Shown: positions 32,792-42,644 of the stretch, piece by piece | Layout: every line of letters begins with the position of its first letter | Position numbering within the stretch: position 1 is the stretch's first letter | NCBI GenBank assembly: GCA_040290295.1 | Contig: PSMW01000007.1 | Coordinates: 11,283 to 75,282 of the forward strand | Direction of reading: 5' to 3' | Origin: Ignavibacteria bacterium | GTDB taxonomy: Bacteria > Bacteroidota > Ignavibacteria > UBA10030 > UBA6906 | DNA length: 64,000 nt | The notes under the pieces: model-generated | Databases searched by the model: none | What the model was told of the DNA's origin: nothing | What the model saw: only the letters and a program-made list of their open reading frames with translations | Program-made: the position numbers and the translations under genes

Positions 32792-33697
32792 ATGAAGCGT
32801 GATCTCATCTCGTTTTCGGCATGGAGCCGAGAAGAACTGCAGGATGTCTTTACCCTTTCCCGCAAGATCAAGAGCGGAGGGTTGAAGAACTTCAGCCCGC
32901 TCGCGCAGAAAAGCGCAGCGTTGATTTTCGAGAAGGAGTCGCTTCGCACGCGCGTCTCCTTCGAGGTGGGTATCGCGCAGTTGGGCGGGCATCCGATCTT
33001 TCTCCAGCAAGAGACGATCGGCATCGCGACGCGTGAATCGGTGCACGACGTTGCGGCGGTGCTCTCGCGATACAACGAGCTGATCATCGCACGAACGACG
33101 AAACATCAAACGGTCGTCCAGCTCGCCGAAAGCGCGTCCGTTCCAGTCATTAACGCTATGACGGACCTGGTTCATCCCTGCCAGATACTGGCTGATTACT
33201 TCACGTTGATGGAACGAGGCAAGGCAAGCCCCGAGACCAAGATTGTTTTCGTGGGCGATGGGAATAACGTGGTGAACTCATGGCTCGAGCTCGCCGAAAA
33301 ACTTCCTCTCCATTTCGTGGTTTCCTCACCCACAGGCTACGAACCTCACCCGAGTTTGTTGGAGCAAGCACAGTCGGCGAAGGTGAGTCGAGTGGAACTT
33401 ATCCCCGATCCCTTCACCGCCGTCAAAGATGCCGACGTGATCTACACCGATGTGTGGCCCACAACGCGGGACGTCGGTCGCCGGCAAATCATCTTCAAAC
33501 AACACCAAGTCAATGCTGCGCTCTTGAGACACGCCAAGCCCGATTGTCTCGTCATGCATCGGTTGCCTGCCAATCGTGGCGAAGAAATCACGCGCGATGT
33601 TCTCGACGGAAAGCAATCCATCGTTCTCGATCAGGCAGAGAACCGTCTTCACATTCAAAAAGGGATCATGGCGTACTTGTTAGGTCACCGTCCCTAA
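32792..33697 (+). CDS. Aspartate/ornithine transcarbamylase-family protein with atypical motif residues
   Basis: 301 aa. The OTC-like GDGNNV block is present. The canonical STRTR, HPxQ, DxxxSMG and HCLP blocks are in register but read SLRTR, HPCQ, DVWPTT and HRLP. Confidence 0.6.
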   Translation: MKRDLISFSAWSREELQDVFTLSRKIKSGGLKNFSPLAQKSAALIFEKESLRTRVSFEVGIAQLGGHPIFLQQETIGIATRESVHDVAAVLSRYNELIIARTTKHQTVVQLAESASVPVINAMTDLVHPCQILADYFTLMERGKASPETKIVFVGDGNNVVNSWLELAEKLPLHFVVSSPTGYEPHPSLLEQAQSAKVSRVELIPDPFTAVKDADVIYTDVWPTTRDVGRRQIIFKQHQVNAALLRHAKPDCLVMHRLPANRGEEITRDVLDGKQSIVLDQAENRLHIQKGIMAYLLGHRP

Positions 33698-33855
33698 CGA
33701 ACTGTCCCCTCACAGATGCATTGACCAGAATTGTGTACGCCCGGAGCAACGAAAGTGCTTGATTTTCCGAACAGAAGCGTTGGCATGTGCGTTGACGAAT
33801 AGGATGATGGCTCTCGATAAGAGAGGCTGACGTGCGTTCATGAAGTGAGGATGCC

Positions 33856-35169
33856 ATGAGAAGATCGCTTGTACTTCTTGCGTGTGTTGCCATGCTTGCA
33901 GCAGCATCCTTTCAATATGCTGCTGCTCATCCGCGTCCGCATCAGGCGGCGGGAGTGACGTTTGCAGTGTTCTATGACGGCTTGAGCCCGTACGGTGAAT
34001 GGATCTCCATCGGTGCAGGGATATACGGATGGCGGCCCATCGGTGTAGCAGTGGGCTGGCGCCCATACACCGTTGGACGCTGGTGCTGGACAGTCTACGG
34101 CTGGTATTGGGTGAGCGACGAGCCGTGGGGTTGGGCAGTGTTCCACTACGGGCGCTGGTACTACGACGACTTCTACGGTTGGATATGGATTCCCGGGTAC
34201 GATTGGGCACCTGCATGGGTGGAGTGGCGCTACGGAGGTGACTACATCGGCTGGGCGCCGCTTGGTCCGTATGCAGTGTTCAGCATCCACTGGGGGATTC
34301 ACTACCGCACGCGATGGTACACACCCATCCATTGGTGGAGCTTTGTCCATTGTCGTTACATCGCTGTCCCGAACGTGCATCGTTTCGTTTACCGGACTGA
34401 GCAGAACACAAGGTACATCGGCATGACGCGTTCGGGTGGAAGTGTGCGCTACAGCGGCGGGAGGATAGTTTCGCGCGGTCCTGAACCCGAGTACGTCGAA
34501 AGAAGAGGGAATGTACGCCTTTCACCCGTTAGAGTGCAGGATGCAAATGATGCGCGCATCGAACGGATCGTGAAAGACGACGGGCGCGAACGCATCGAAG
34601 TGTATCGCCCGCAGATCGTCGAACAAGCCGAGGATGATGCGGCGAGCGTACGTCCCTCACGACTTCGCGCGGAGGGAGGACGATCTCTCGAATTGGATAC
34701 CCGCAAGATTGACTTGCGTGCGCGAGAGGAGAGTCGTATAGAGGGACGTCACATTCGGCGCGCCGATGAGTACCGCACGCGCGACGACGGCATGCTGAAG
34801 GGTCCGGTCGATGATGCGATTCGCAATCGTACTGGGAGAACGGGTGAAGCCGATCGCCGTATCGAAGCCGAACCGGGCAGAGATGATGCTCGTGACGGTG
34901 AACGATCACGCACCCGCGATATTCCTGGGCAAGCCGAGAAGATGCCGGAACGCGACGCTGTTCCGCAACGGGATGGACGAGAACGAAAACGTGAGGAAGG
35001 TGTTCAACGCCCTCCTCGAGAGGACATCCGTATGCCGTTGCCCGATCGACCTGAACGAAAGCCTGAGTACCGCATGCCCGAACGTCGGAGTGAACCGCCG
35101 CGGCGAGATGGCGTCCAGCAACATGCACCTCCGCGCAGTGAAGGTGGTCGCAGCGGTCGAGGACGGTGA
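33856..35169 (+). CDS. Secreted Trp/Gly/Tyr-rich repeat protein with a long Arg/Glu/Asp-rich low-complexity C-terminal tail
   Basis: Signal peptide MRRSLVLLACVAMLAAASF. About 170 aa of W-rich repeats (GWRPIGVAVGWRPYTVGRWCWTVYGWYWVSDEPWGWAVFHYGRWYYDDFYGWIWIPGYDWAPAWVEWRYG…), then about 230 aa of charged R/E/D-rich sequence. A strong terminator follows. Confidence 0.5.
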   Translation: MRRSLVLLACVAMLAAASFQYAAAHPRPHQAAGVTFAVFYDGLSPYGEWISIGAGIYGWRPIGVAVGWRPYTVGRWCWTVYGWYWVSDEPWGWAVFHYGRWYYDDFYGWIWIPGYDWAPAWVEWRYGGDYIGWAPLGPYAVFSIHWGIHYRTRWYTPIHWWSFVHCRYIAVPNVHRFVYRTEQNTRYIGMTRSGGSVRYSGGRIVSRGPEPEYVERRGNVRLSPVRVQDANDARIERIVKDDGRERIEVYRPQIVEQAEDDAASVRPSRLRAEGGRSLELDTRKIDLRAREESRIEGRHIRRADEYRTRDDGMLKGPVDDAIRNRTGRTGEADRRIEAEPGRDDARDGERSRTRDIPGQAEKMPERDAVPQRDGRERKREEGVQRPPREDIRMPLPDRPERKPEYRMPERRSEPPRRDGVQQHAPPRSEGGRSGRGR

Positions 35170-35197
35170 AGAGTCCTTCTGAAAGGAGATGAACAGT

Positions 35198-35232
35198 ATC
35201 GGTCGCCACACCTGTGGCGACCGATTTTTTTT
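35198..35232 (+). terminator. Strong intrinsic terminator
   Basis: Perfect 12-bp palindrome ATCGGTCGCCAC … GTGGCGACCGAT followed by TTTTTTTT. Confidence 0.7.
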
Positions 35233-35292
35233 GAGAACGCGATGCTCCGTGAGAAACTGTGAGCTCAAAAGCACCCGGAGAGCCACCCCCGC

Positions 35293-36063
35293 TTAGCGTG
35301 GTGAGCGGTAGCTTTTCAACTCCTTGAGTGTCGTGCGGGGGATGATGTCGGAATCATCGATCACGCGGGGAAGTGAAGGAGGTGCCTCACTCAGCCAGAA
35401 GATATAATCGAGGTGCGGTTTGGTTATTTCGATTCGATACGAAAGCACTGCTCGCTCCTCGTCATTCACGAAGACCGGTCCCACATACTGTTTCGTCGGT
35501 GACACGTTTCCCACAACCACCTGTTCCGAACCCAGCCCCGTTGAGGTGTCCAGTCGTGCAACGACCCAGGATGTGCCGTTTGGGACAGAGAACGCGGCGA
35601 TACGATCCCACTTGGGCGTGATGGTGAGAGACTCTCGCTCCGCTATCAACGACGCGAGAAATCCGAACTGGAACAGATCACCATGTTCATCGACACGGAA
35701 GAACAGCGAATCGACCATGCTGGTCGTTCCCGTTGAGTCGAACGTACTATCGACGATGACAACGACACCCCGTGCGTCGTAGAGGCTTACACCCGTATCT
35801 GCAACAGTCCAACTGTTTCGATAATAGGAGGATGGAATTCGTATGCCGTAGGGGTTGAGCTGCCAGTTATCGAAGCTATAGTATGCACCCGGTGTGAAGC
35901 CGAAGGTAGGCTTGGACAAGTTGCCGGCTCCGCCTAAGGGGATCCCTTCCCGGCACGTCAAGGCGACAAAGGTAAGAAGAAGGAAGAGAGCTTCGCGGCA
36001 CAAAGCCGACAAATGAGATGCTCTCTTCCCGTCGTTCCTTACAAGTTGATGAGATTGCAGCAT
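35293..36063 (-). CDS. Hypothetical secreted protein or lipoprotein
   Basis: ORF with an N-terminal hydrophobic signal (…ALFLLLTFVALTC). Lies 70 bp downstream of mdh on the same strand. No recognised domain. Confidence 0.4.
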   Translation of the reverse strand: MLQSHQLVRNDGKRASHLSALCREALFLLLTFVALTCREGIPLGGAGNLSKPTFGFTPGAYYSFDNWQLNPYGIRIPSSYYRNSWTVADTGVSLYDARGVVVIVDSTFDSTGTTSMVDSLFFRVDEHGDLFQFGFLASLIAERESLTITPKWDRIAAFSVPNGTSWVVARLDTSTGLGSEQVVVGNVSPTKQYVGPVFVNDEERAVLSYRIEITKPHLDYIFWLSEAPPSLPRVIDDSDIIPRTTLKELKSYRSPR

Positions 36064-36132
36064 AGTTCGGCAATCGGGCGCATTTGCTGATACCAAGATA
36101 CACAATCCTCTCGCGCCAAAACTACGCCGCTC

Positions 36133-37203
<1,071 letters not shown>

Positions 37204-37467
37204 TTATGCTGTCGGTTGTGGAACGATGTCGACGTACTTCTTGGCTTTGCTGTACTTCCTGAACTGCACGACACCATCGGTCAGGGCGAAAAGGGTATCG
37301 TCACTGCCGATGCCGACGTTTCTACCCGGCCGAAATGCCGTGCCGCGTTGCCGAACAATAATACTGCCGGCCGAAACAAATTCGCCGCCGAAGCGCTTCA
37401 CGCCGAGGCGCTGCGACTGGCTGTCGCGTCCGTTACGAGAGCTCCCTACACCTTTCTTGTGTGCCAT
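37204..37467 (-). CDS. rpmA: 50S ribosomal protein L27
   Basis: [28 protein letters not shown]… is a canonical L27 N-terminus. Confidence 0.9.
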   Translation of the reverse strand: MAHKKGVGSSRNGRDSQSQRLGVKRFGGEFVSAGSIIVRQRGTAFRPGRNVGIGSDDTLFALTDGVVQFRKYSKAKKYVDIVPQPTA

Positions 37468-37472
37468 AGCTG

Positions 37473-37781
37473 CTAACCGATTTTTGTCACTTGAAGATCT
37501 GTAAACCCTTGTCGATGACCACGCTTGACCCGGTATCCTTTCCGGCGCTTTTTCTTGAACACGATCACCTTCTCACCGCGCACATGATCCACCACAGTGG
37601 CTTGCACCCTCGCACCGGTAACGATCGGATTCCCGATCCGCACCTCCCCCTCGCCGGCAAGTAGCACGACACGGTCGAATGTCACCATGGTGCCTTTCTC
37701 TTGCTTCAGGCTGGGCACGCGGATGCGGTCGTTTTCCGCGACCTTGAATTGTTTTCCTGCAATATCTACGACTGCGTACAT
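37473..37781 (-). CDS. rplU: 50S ribosomal protein L21
   Basis: [18 protein letters not shown]… is a canonical L21. Start chosen at the internal Met of the longer ORF. Confidence 0.85.
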   Translation of the reverse strand: MYAVVDIAGKQFKVAENDRIRVPSLKQEKGTMVTFDRVVLLAGEGEVRIGNPIVTGARVQATVVDHVRGEKVIVFKKKRRKGYRVKRGHRQGFTDLQVTKIG

Positions 37782-37900
37782 GGATGTCCCTATAGGAAAA
37801 AAAGTAAGCAAATGGCGATCTGAACGGGCAAACAAAATACGCAATGACCCCCAAAAATGCAACGCGACTTCTATGAAGATTCGTTCATGCAGGCGGGCGC

Positions 37901-38863
37901 TTACACAATGCTCTCAGGAAATCTACTTTCCATAGTGTGGAAGTGATTCTTCAACGTGACGTACAGACGTGCCGACGTAGCAATACACACACACGCCAGC
38001 ACCGCACCTGCAAGCAAGTCCGCGACATAGTGATAGCGCTGATAGACCGTCGCGATGATCAGCAGTGTGCCGGTGATATACATGAACCATCGCGTCCGAG
38101 CCTTGTACGTACCGCTCAAGTACATCAACACAAGAGTCATCATGGTGTGCCCGCTCGGAAACACATCGCGCTGGGCGAGACTGATCGCAATGTCGTTTGG
38201 AACGCCGGTGGGAATCGAGCCGCCCGCATTGACGAACCAGCGGAAATACTCCGTGAGAAAAATTCCCGGCAGCTCCTTGTCGAGTGTGGCAAAGTCGTGG
38301 AGCGTAAAGCGTGGACCCACCGCCGGCAGGAAGAAATAGCCGAGGTACGACAATAAGAATCCATACACACACGTGAACATGAAGTAATGAAACAAATCCA
38401 AGCTACGCCGTCGGTAGAACTCGTAGCCGAGCATCAGAAACAAAAAATAGAACAAGGTATAGGCGATCTGCAAGATTTCCGTCAGCAAAGGGTGAGCGAA
38501 GCGCATAATCCACTCCGTCGGATTCACGCCGAAGAGCCAACGGTCGATCGCAATCAACACCTGGTCGTAGTCTCTACCGCCGTGGATCGGCTTAATCATG
38601 AAGTACAGCGCCTTGAATGTGAAAAACGTTGCGATCGGCACATACCAGTCATGGAGCAAACGCAGTGGTCGCCAACCCGTCGTGTGTCGCGCGTAAGCCA
38701 TCAAGCAAATGAAGGCAGAGCCAGCGAAGTTGCTGATGATGATCAACCACCAATACGGTATACGTTCGGCAAACACAAGATTGATCGTCGAAAGGATGAG
38801 ATTGAACCCAATGAACAGCAGGTCGGTCGAGTGGAGGTATTTGGTAATGGAGCGAACTCGCAT
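37901..38863 (-). CDS. PAP2-superfamily membrane phosphatase/phosphotransferase
   Basis: Polytopic membrane protein with the PAP2 motifs PSGHTMM and HYVADLLAG. Confidence 0.6.
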   Translation of the reverse strand: MRVRSITKYLHSTDLLFIGFNLILSTINLVFAERIPYWWLIIISNFAGSAFICLMAYARHTTGWRPLRLLHDWYVPIATFFTFKALYFMIKPIHGGRDYDQVLIAIDRWLFGVNPTEWIMRFAHPLLTEILQIAYTLFYFLFLMLGYEFYRRRSLDLFHYFMFTCVYGFLLSYLGYFFLPAVGPRFTLHDFATLDKELPGIFLTEYFRWFVNAGGSIPTGVPNDIAISLAQRDVFPSGHTMMTLVLMYLSGTYKARTRWFMYITGTLLIIATVYQRYHYVADLLAGAVLACVCIATSARLYVTLKNHFHTMESRFPESIV

Positions 38864-38979
38864 GCGCGCGCCGTCCTATCTCATGTCGTGGAAGTGAAAA
38901 CTGTGGGCAAATATACGAAAAGGGAGAGAGGAGAAAAACAACGTGCGCCGATTGTCCTCTGAGGGAACGCTTCTCAGCA

Positions 38980-39777
38980 TCATTGGGCAGCCTTGTGCCG
39001 AGCGAGTGCATTCGCGAGGGCGGCGAGTTTCTCCAGCGGAAGGTCTTCGGGGCGTTGAGCGAGGTCTATCCCTGCCATAGGCTCAGGCACCACATCGAGT
39101 AGGTAGCGGAGCGAGTTGCGAAGCGTCTTCCTCCGCTTGCCGAACACCGCTCGCACCATACTTCGAAAGAAACCCTCGTTGGTGAGCGGGAAGCGCGGTT
39201 CGGGAAGCATTGTCAGGCGAACGACGGAGGACGTGACGCCCGGCGGCGGAAAGAAACATTGCGCCGACACGTCGAACAACAACGTCACGTCGGCAAACAT
39301 TTGGCAAAAGACGGCGAGGATGCCGTAGTCTTTCGTGCGGGGCTGAGCGACAAGGCGCCGTGCCACTTCCCTCTGCATCATCAGGGTAGCGTCCTGCACG
39401 TTCTCGCGATGATCAAGAATATGGAAGAGAATCGGCGTGGTAATGTTGTACGGAATGTTTCCAACGATGCGAAGCTTTCGTTCATCACCGGCACGAACGC
39501 TCGCGAGATCGACGTCCAAAAAATCCTGATGCACAATCGCGACCTCGCCATGCGGATACACTGCGTTCATGCGGGCAATGACGCGCTCATCGACATCGAC
39601 AACGGTCAGGTGGTCGGTCTGGCGAGCGAGATAGTGAGTGAGAGCGCCTTCGCCCGGTCCGATTTCCAGCACGAGGTCATCGCGTTGGATGTGCAGCGAG
39701 CCGATGATCTTCCGAGCGATATTGTTATCGCGCAAAAAGTGCTGCCCAAGTGACTGTTTTGGGCGGATTCTCTTCAC
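38980..39777 (-). CDS. rsmA: 16S rRNA (adenine1518/1519-N6)-dimethyltransferase
   Basis: RPKQSLGQHFLRD N-terminus and the SAM-binding motif LEIGPGEGALT. Start set at an internal GTG; the longer ORF has a basic, non-conserved N-terminal extension. Confidence 0.8.
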   Translation of the reverse strand: MKRIRPKQSLGQHFLRDNNIARKIIGSLHIQRDDLVLEIGPGEGALTHYLARQTDHLTVVDVDERVIARMNAVYPHGEVAIVHQDFLDVDLASVRAGDERKLRIVGNIPYNITTPILFHILDHRENVQDATLMMQREVARRLVAQPRTKDYGILAVFCQMFADVTLLFDVSAQCFFPPPGVTSSVVRLTMLPEPRFPLTNEGFFRSMVRAVFGKRRKTLRNSLRYLLDVVPEPMAGIDLAQRPEDLPLEKLAALANALARHKAAQ

Positions 39778-39823
39778 GCTGCGATCGAGCCATCGAAGAG
39801 TGTGTGTACCCGACGGACGGAGT

Positions 39824-42331
39824 TCATTTCTTTTTGATGAGGCCTTTGAGCAACTCCTCGCCTTTCTTCTTGACTTCGTCCTGCACCTTGTGCTGGAGTT
39901 TTTCTTTCTCGGCGTCGAGTTTGGATCGTACAAAGGCAGCAGCTCGCGCTTGCAGTGCGTTTGCATCGAGTCGCACGTTGGGGTTGTCGGTCGTTCCGCC
40001 GATGAGGAAGTCCAGCTTCAAGCGCCCATTCGGTTCCTTCAGAGCGTTGAGTGCTTCTCCGGCAAACCCCGGCACGGTCACCTTCGACGAGGCTGCTTCC
40101 GACAACAACATCCCCATGGTGAGGTCAAGCGTTCCGTCCAATCCGTGCGAGCCTTTGATGGTGTAGTCCGCGCCGAGCGCCGTAATCTTGAGTTCGGGGA
40201 TGCTCACGCGGCCCTCCTTGATCGTGAAGCTGTTCGACCAATCCTTGAATGCTATTTCCTGTAGGTCAGGAAGATTCAGCATGCCGGCAATCTGTTGGTT
40301 CACTTTGACGCCGGCGAGTTTGCCGTTTGCCAATGCCACGGTGCCGGTCGCATTGAGCGATTGCGGTACGAAGCCCATGGTATCATTGAGTGCGCCGCTG
40401 ATGACAAGGTGCATGTCCATATCGCCGAACAAACGCTGTCCGAACGACGTGAACGCGGAAAGGGCGGCATGGGCTTTCAACTTCTTGAGATCGAGACTGA
40501 GCGAAAAGTGAGGACGTTCGGGACGCTGCATGTCGATGGTTCCTTTCGCGGTCGCGATCCCGTCGAAGACATTCGTCGTCAGGTTTTGTAAGGTAATGAC
40601 GCCGTCGGCAATCGTCATCGTGCCGCGTACATTTTTCAGTTCCAACTTTTTCATGGTGAGCGTCCCGATGGTTGCCGTAATATCCATGGCAACGTTCGGC
40701 AGCGGCATCGCAGCTTTGGCGGATCGAACGTGTGGCGCACCCGCCGCCGGCGCGGATGCTTTCGGTGAGTCCTCTCCCATGATGTCTGCGGTCGAGAGGT
40801 GGCTGGACGTGAGTGTAACGCTCGCCGTCGCTTTCGGCGAACGTTGAGCTGCGCCGCCCATCATCGAAAGATAGTTGCGCACGGTGAAGGCGAGAGTCAG
40901 GTCGGACGTGCCGATCATCATCGCGAGCCTGCGTGACTCCAGAAGCTGATTGTTGAACGTCAGGCTACCGCTGAGATTTTTGATTGGTGTGGTGCTCGTT
41001 GCTGTGGCGATCGTAACGTTGGAGCACTCCACGGACCCCGAGGCTTTCATCGCGTCGGGTTTGTTTATTTTCCCGGTGATGCTCATGTTTGCCTTCATCG
41101 TTCCTGAGAGCTGCGTGCCCGGCTCTAACGGATAGTAGTCTTTCACCTCTGCGAGATTCACCGACGCGTTCACATTCATGTTCAATGATGGGTCATCGAA
41201 GTTCACGACATCCATCGTGAGCGAAAGAGGATTTTGCCCCAGAGAGGCGGTCAGTGTCCGGATGTGAAACTCCTGTTGTGTCTTCCCGCGCACGAAATCG
41301 CAAACGAGCGCAATGTTGGTGATCGGCTTCGGGATGTTCGGAAATTGCATCGAAGCATTCGTTGTGCGGATCGTGCCGGAGAGGTCCGGCAAGGTGAGCG
41401 TTTCGCTGTCGTACACGCCTTTCACAAACACGGTCGCTTGCACCGCTCCGTTGCCTTGCACACCTTTGATTTTTTCCACGTAGGCTTTGGGCGTGAGATG
41501 GAGAAGCTGCGCCACATTCACGTCGTTCGCGGCGATTGTCAGATCAAAAAGCGGTTTCTCCTTTGTGTCGATCGTGCCGCTGATGCCGAACGGGATTGCG
41601 TTCAGCGTCGCTTTGCCGTTACCGATGGTTGCGACTCGCTTCTCAACGTCGAACACAATCGTTGCATCGGCGTTGATCCGCCAATCGGTGATGAGTGGCG
41701 TGCTGATGGAGCCGTAACTGTATTTTTCGATTGCCGTTCGACTCTCGATAACCGCTTGACGCGTGGAGGGATTGAACGACACGGAGGCTTGCTCATCGAA
41801 TCCTTCGAGGGTCTGGCGCGAGTTATCGCGGTGGTCGATCATGTCGATAAAGCCGTTGACGATACGTACGTCGGGCAAAAGGACTGCCACCATCGTGCTC
41901 GCGCCCGCCGAAGGTTCCGGTTGCGCCCCTGGTGCACGCTTCTCTGCGTAGTTGGTGGTTCCATCTGCCGCCGTTTCGAGCAGAACACGCGGACGCTCGA
42001 CGAGCAGTGACGAGACTTCAACCCGCTTGTCGAACAACGGCAACAGCTTCACGTCGAGGAGAATGCGTTCGACTGTCAGCAGTGGTGCGTCGGCGAAGCC
42101 GGGCTTGTTCGCGATCGTCAATCCTCGAACGTCGAGACCGATCGTCGGGAAAACGGAAAGACCGATATCCGCAATCTCGACCTTCCTGCCCACAGCGGCT
42201 TCGATGCGGGGAAGGACCAATGCCTTGAGGCGCTCGCCGGTGAAATAAAGCTTCAATGCCAGCACCGCGCCGACCACGAGAACCACCGGCGCCGCAATGA
42301 CGATGATCCATGTTCTTGTTTTCTTGGACAT
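39824..42331 (-). CDS. AsmA-family protein (N-terminal TM anchor and a large periplasmic domain)
   Basis: 835 aa with an N-terminal TM helix (WIIVIAAPVVLVVGAVLAL) and a repetitive beta-rich body typical of AsmA/TamB-like proteins. Upstream of rsmA on the same strand. Confidence 0.6.
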   Translation of the reverse strand: MSKKTRTWIIVIAAPVVLVVGAVLALKLYFTGERLKALVLPRIEAAVGRKVEIADIGLSVFPTIGLDVRGLTIANKPGFADAPLLTVERILLDVKLLPLFDKRVEVSSLLVERPRVLLETAADGTTNYAEKRAPGAQPEPSAGASTMVAVLLPDVRIVNGFIDMIDHRDNSRQTLEGFDEQASVSFNPSTRQAVIESRTAIEKYSYGSISTPLITDWRINADATIVFDVEKRVATIGNGKATLNAIPFGISGTIDTKEKPLFDLTIAANDVNVAQLLHLTPKAYVEKIKGVQGNGAVQATVFVKGVYDSETLTLPDLSGTIRTTNASMQFPNIPKPITNIALVCDFVRGKTQQEFHIRTLTASLGQNPLSLTMDVVNFDDPSLNMNVNASVNLAEVKDYYPLEPGTQLSGTMKANMSITGKINKPDAMKASGSVECSNVTIATATSTTPIKNLSGSLTFNNQLLESRRLAMMIGTSDLTLAFTVRNYLSMMGGAAQRSPKATASVTLTSSHLSTADIMGEDSPKASAPAAGAPHVRSAKAAMPLPNVAMDITATIGTLTMKKLELKNVRGTMTIADGVITLQNLTTNVFDGIATAKGTIDMQRPERPHFSLSLDLKKLKAHAALSAFTSFGQRLFGDMDMHLVISGALNDTMGFVPQSLNATGTVALANGKLAGVKVNQQIAGMLNLPDLQEIAFKDWSNSFTIKEGRVSIPELKITALGADYTIKGSHGLDGTLDLTMGMLLSEAASSKVTVPGFAGEALNALKEPNGRLKLDFLIGGTTDNPNVRLDANALQARAAAFVRSKLDAEKEKLQHKVQDEVKKKGEELLKGLIKKK

Positions 42332-42533
42332 ACCGTGTCACTCTCCTTTATATTCGATTCGGGCAAACGAAACTCCGCGAGCCAACGCGAACCATGAAAA
42401 ATATAGTGAAATGGGTTCCGAACGGCAACGAACATGCTCGATCGACATACAACGTACCGTACGCGCGTAGCACGCATGCGTGATTAAAAAACCTTTATTG
42501 GAATTGTTGCATGCATTGTCTATATTGGTGCCG

Positions 42534-42574
42534 CTTCGAGCGGGTGGTGAGACGCTTGAAGCAATTTTTTTCTT
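42534..42574 (+). terminator. Terminator-like hairpin plus T-tract in the typA leader (candidate attenuator or small-RNA 3' end)
   Basis: CTTCGAGCG…ACGCTTGAAG stem followed by CAATTTTTTTCTT, about 70 nt upstream of the typA start. No upstream + strand gene for it to terminate. Confidence 0.35.
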
Positions 42575-42644
42575 GAGGCAGACTCTTGTCGTCAGTGTGA
42601 TGACAGCGGTCGGTTCATCGATCTATTTTTGAGAAGGTACTCCA

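Noticed and set aside
33838-35209. Minus-strand ORFs (180 and 226 aa) overlapping the Trp-rich protein gene as alternative gene calls.
   Set aside because: The plus-strand ORF has a canonical signal peptide and a single continuous frame, and is followed by a strong plus-oriented terminator at 35198..35232. The minus-strand ORFs are Pro/Arg/Val-rich antisense artefacts.
38980-39966. Full-length 328-aa ORF for rsmA with a 63-aa highly basic N-terminal extension (MQTHCKRELL…).
   Set aside because: KsgA/RsmA proteins begin close to the RPKQSLGQ motif. The extension is Arg/Lys/Ser-rich and low-complexity and overlaps the asmA-family gene 3' end, so an internal GTG start at about 39777 was preferred. 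Confidence in the exact start is low.
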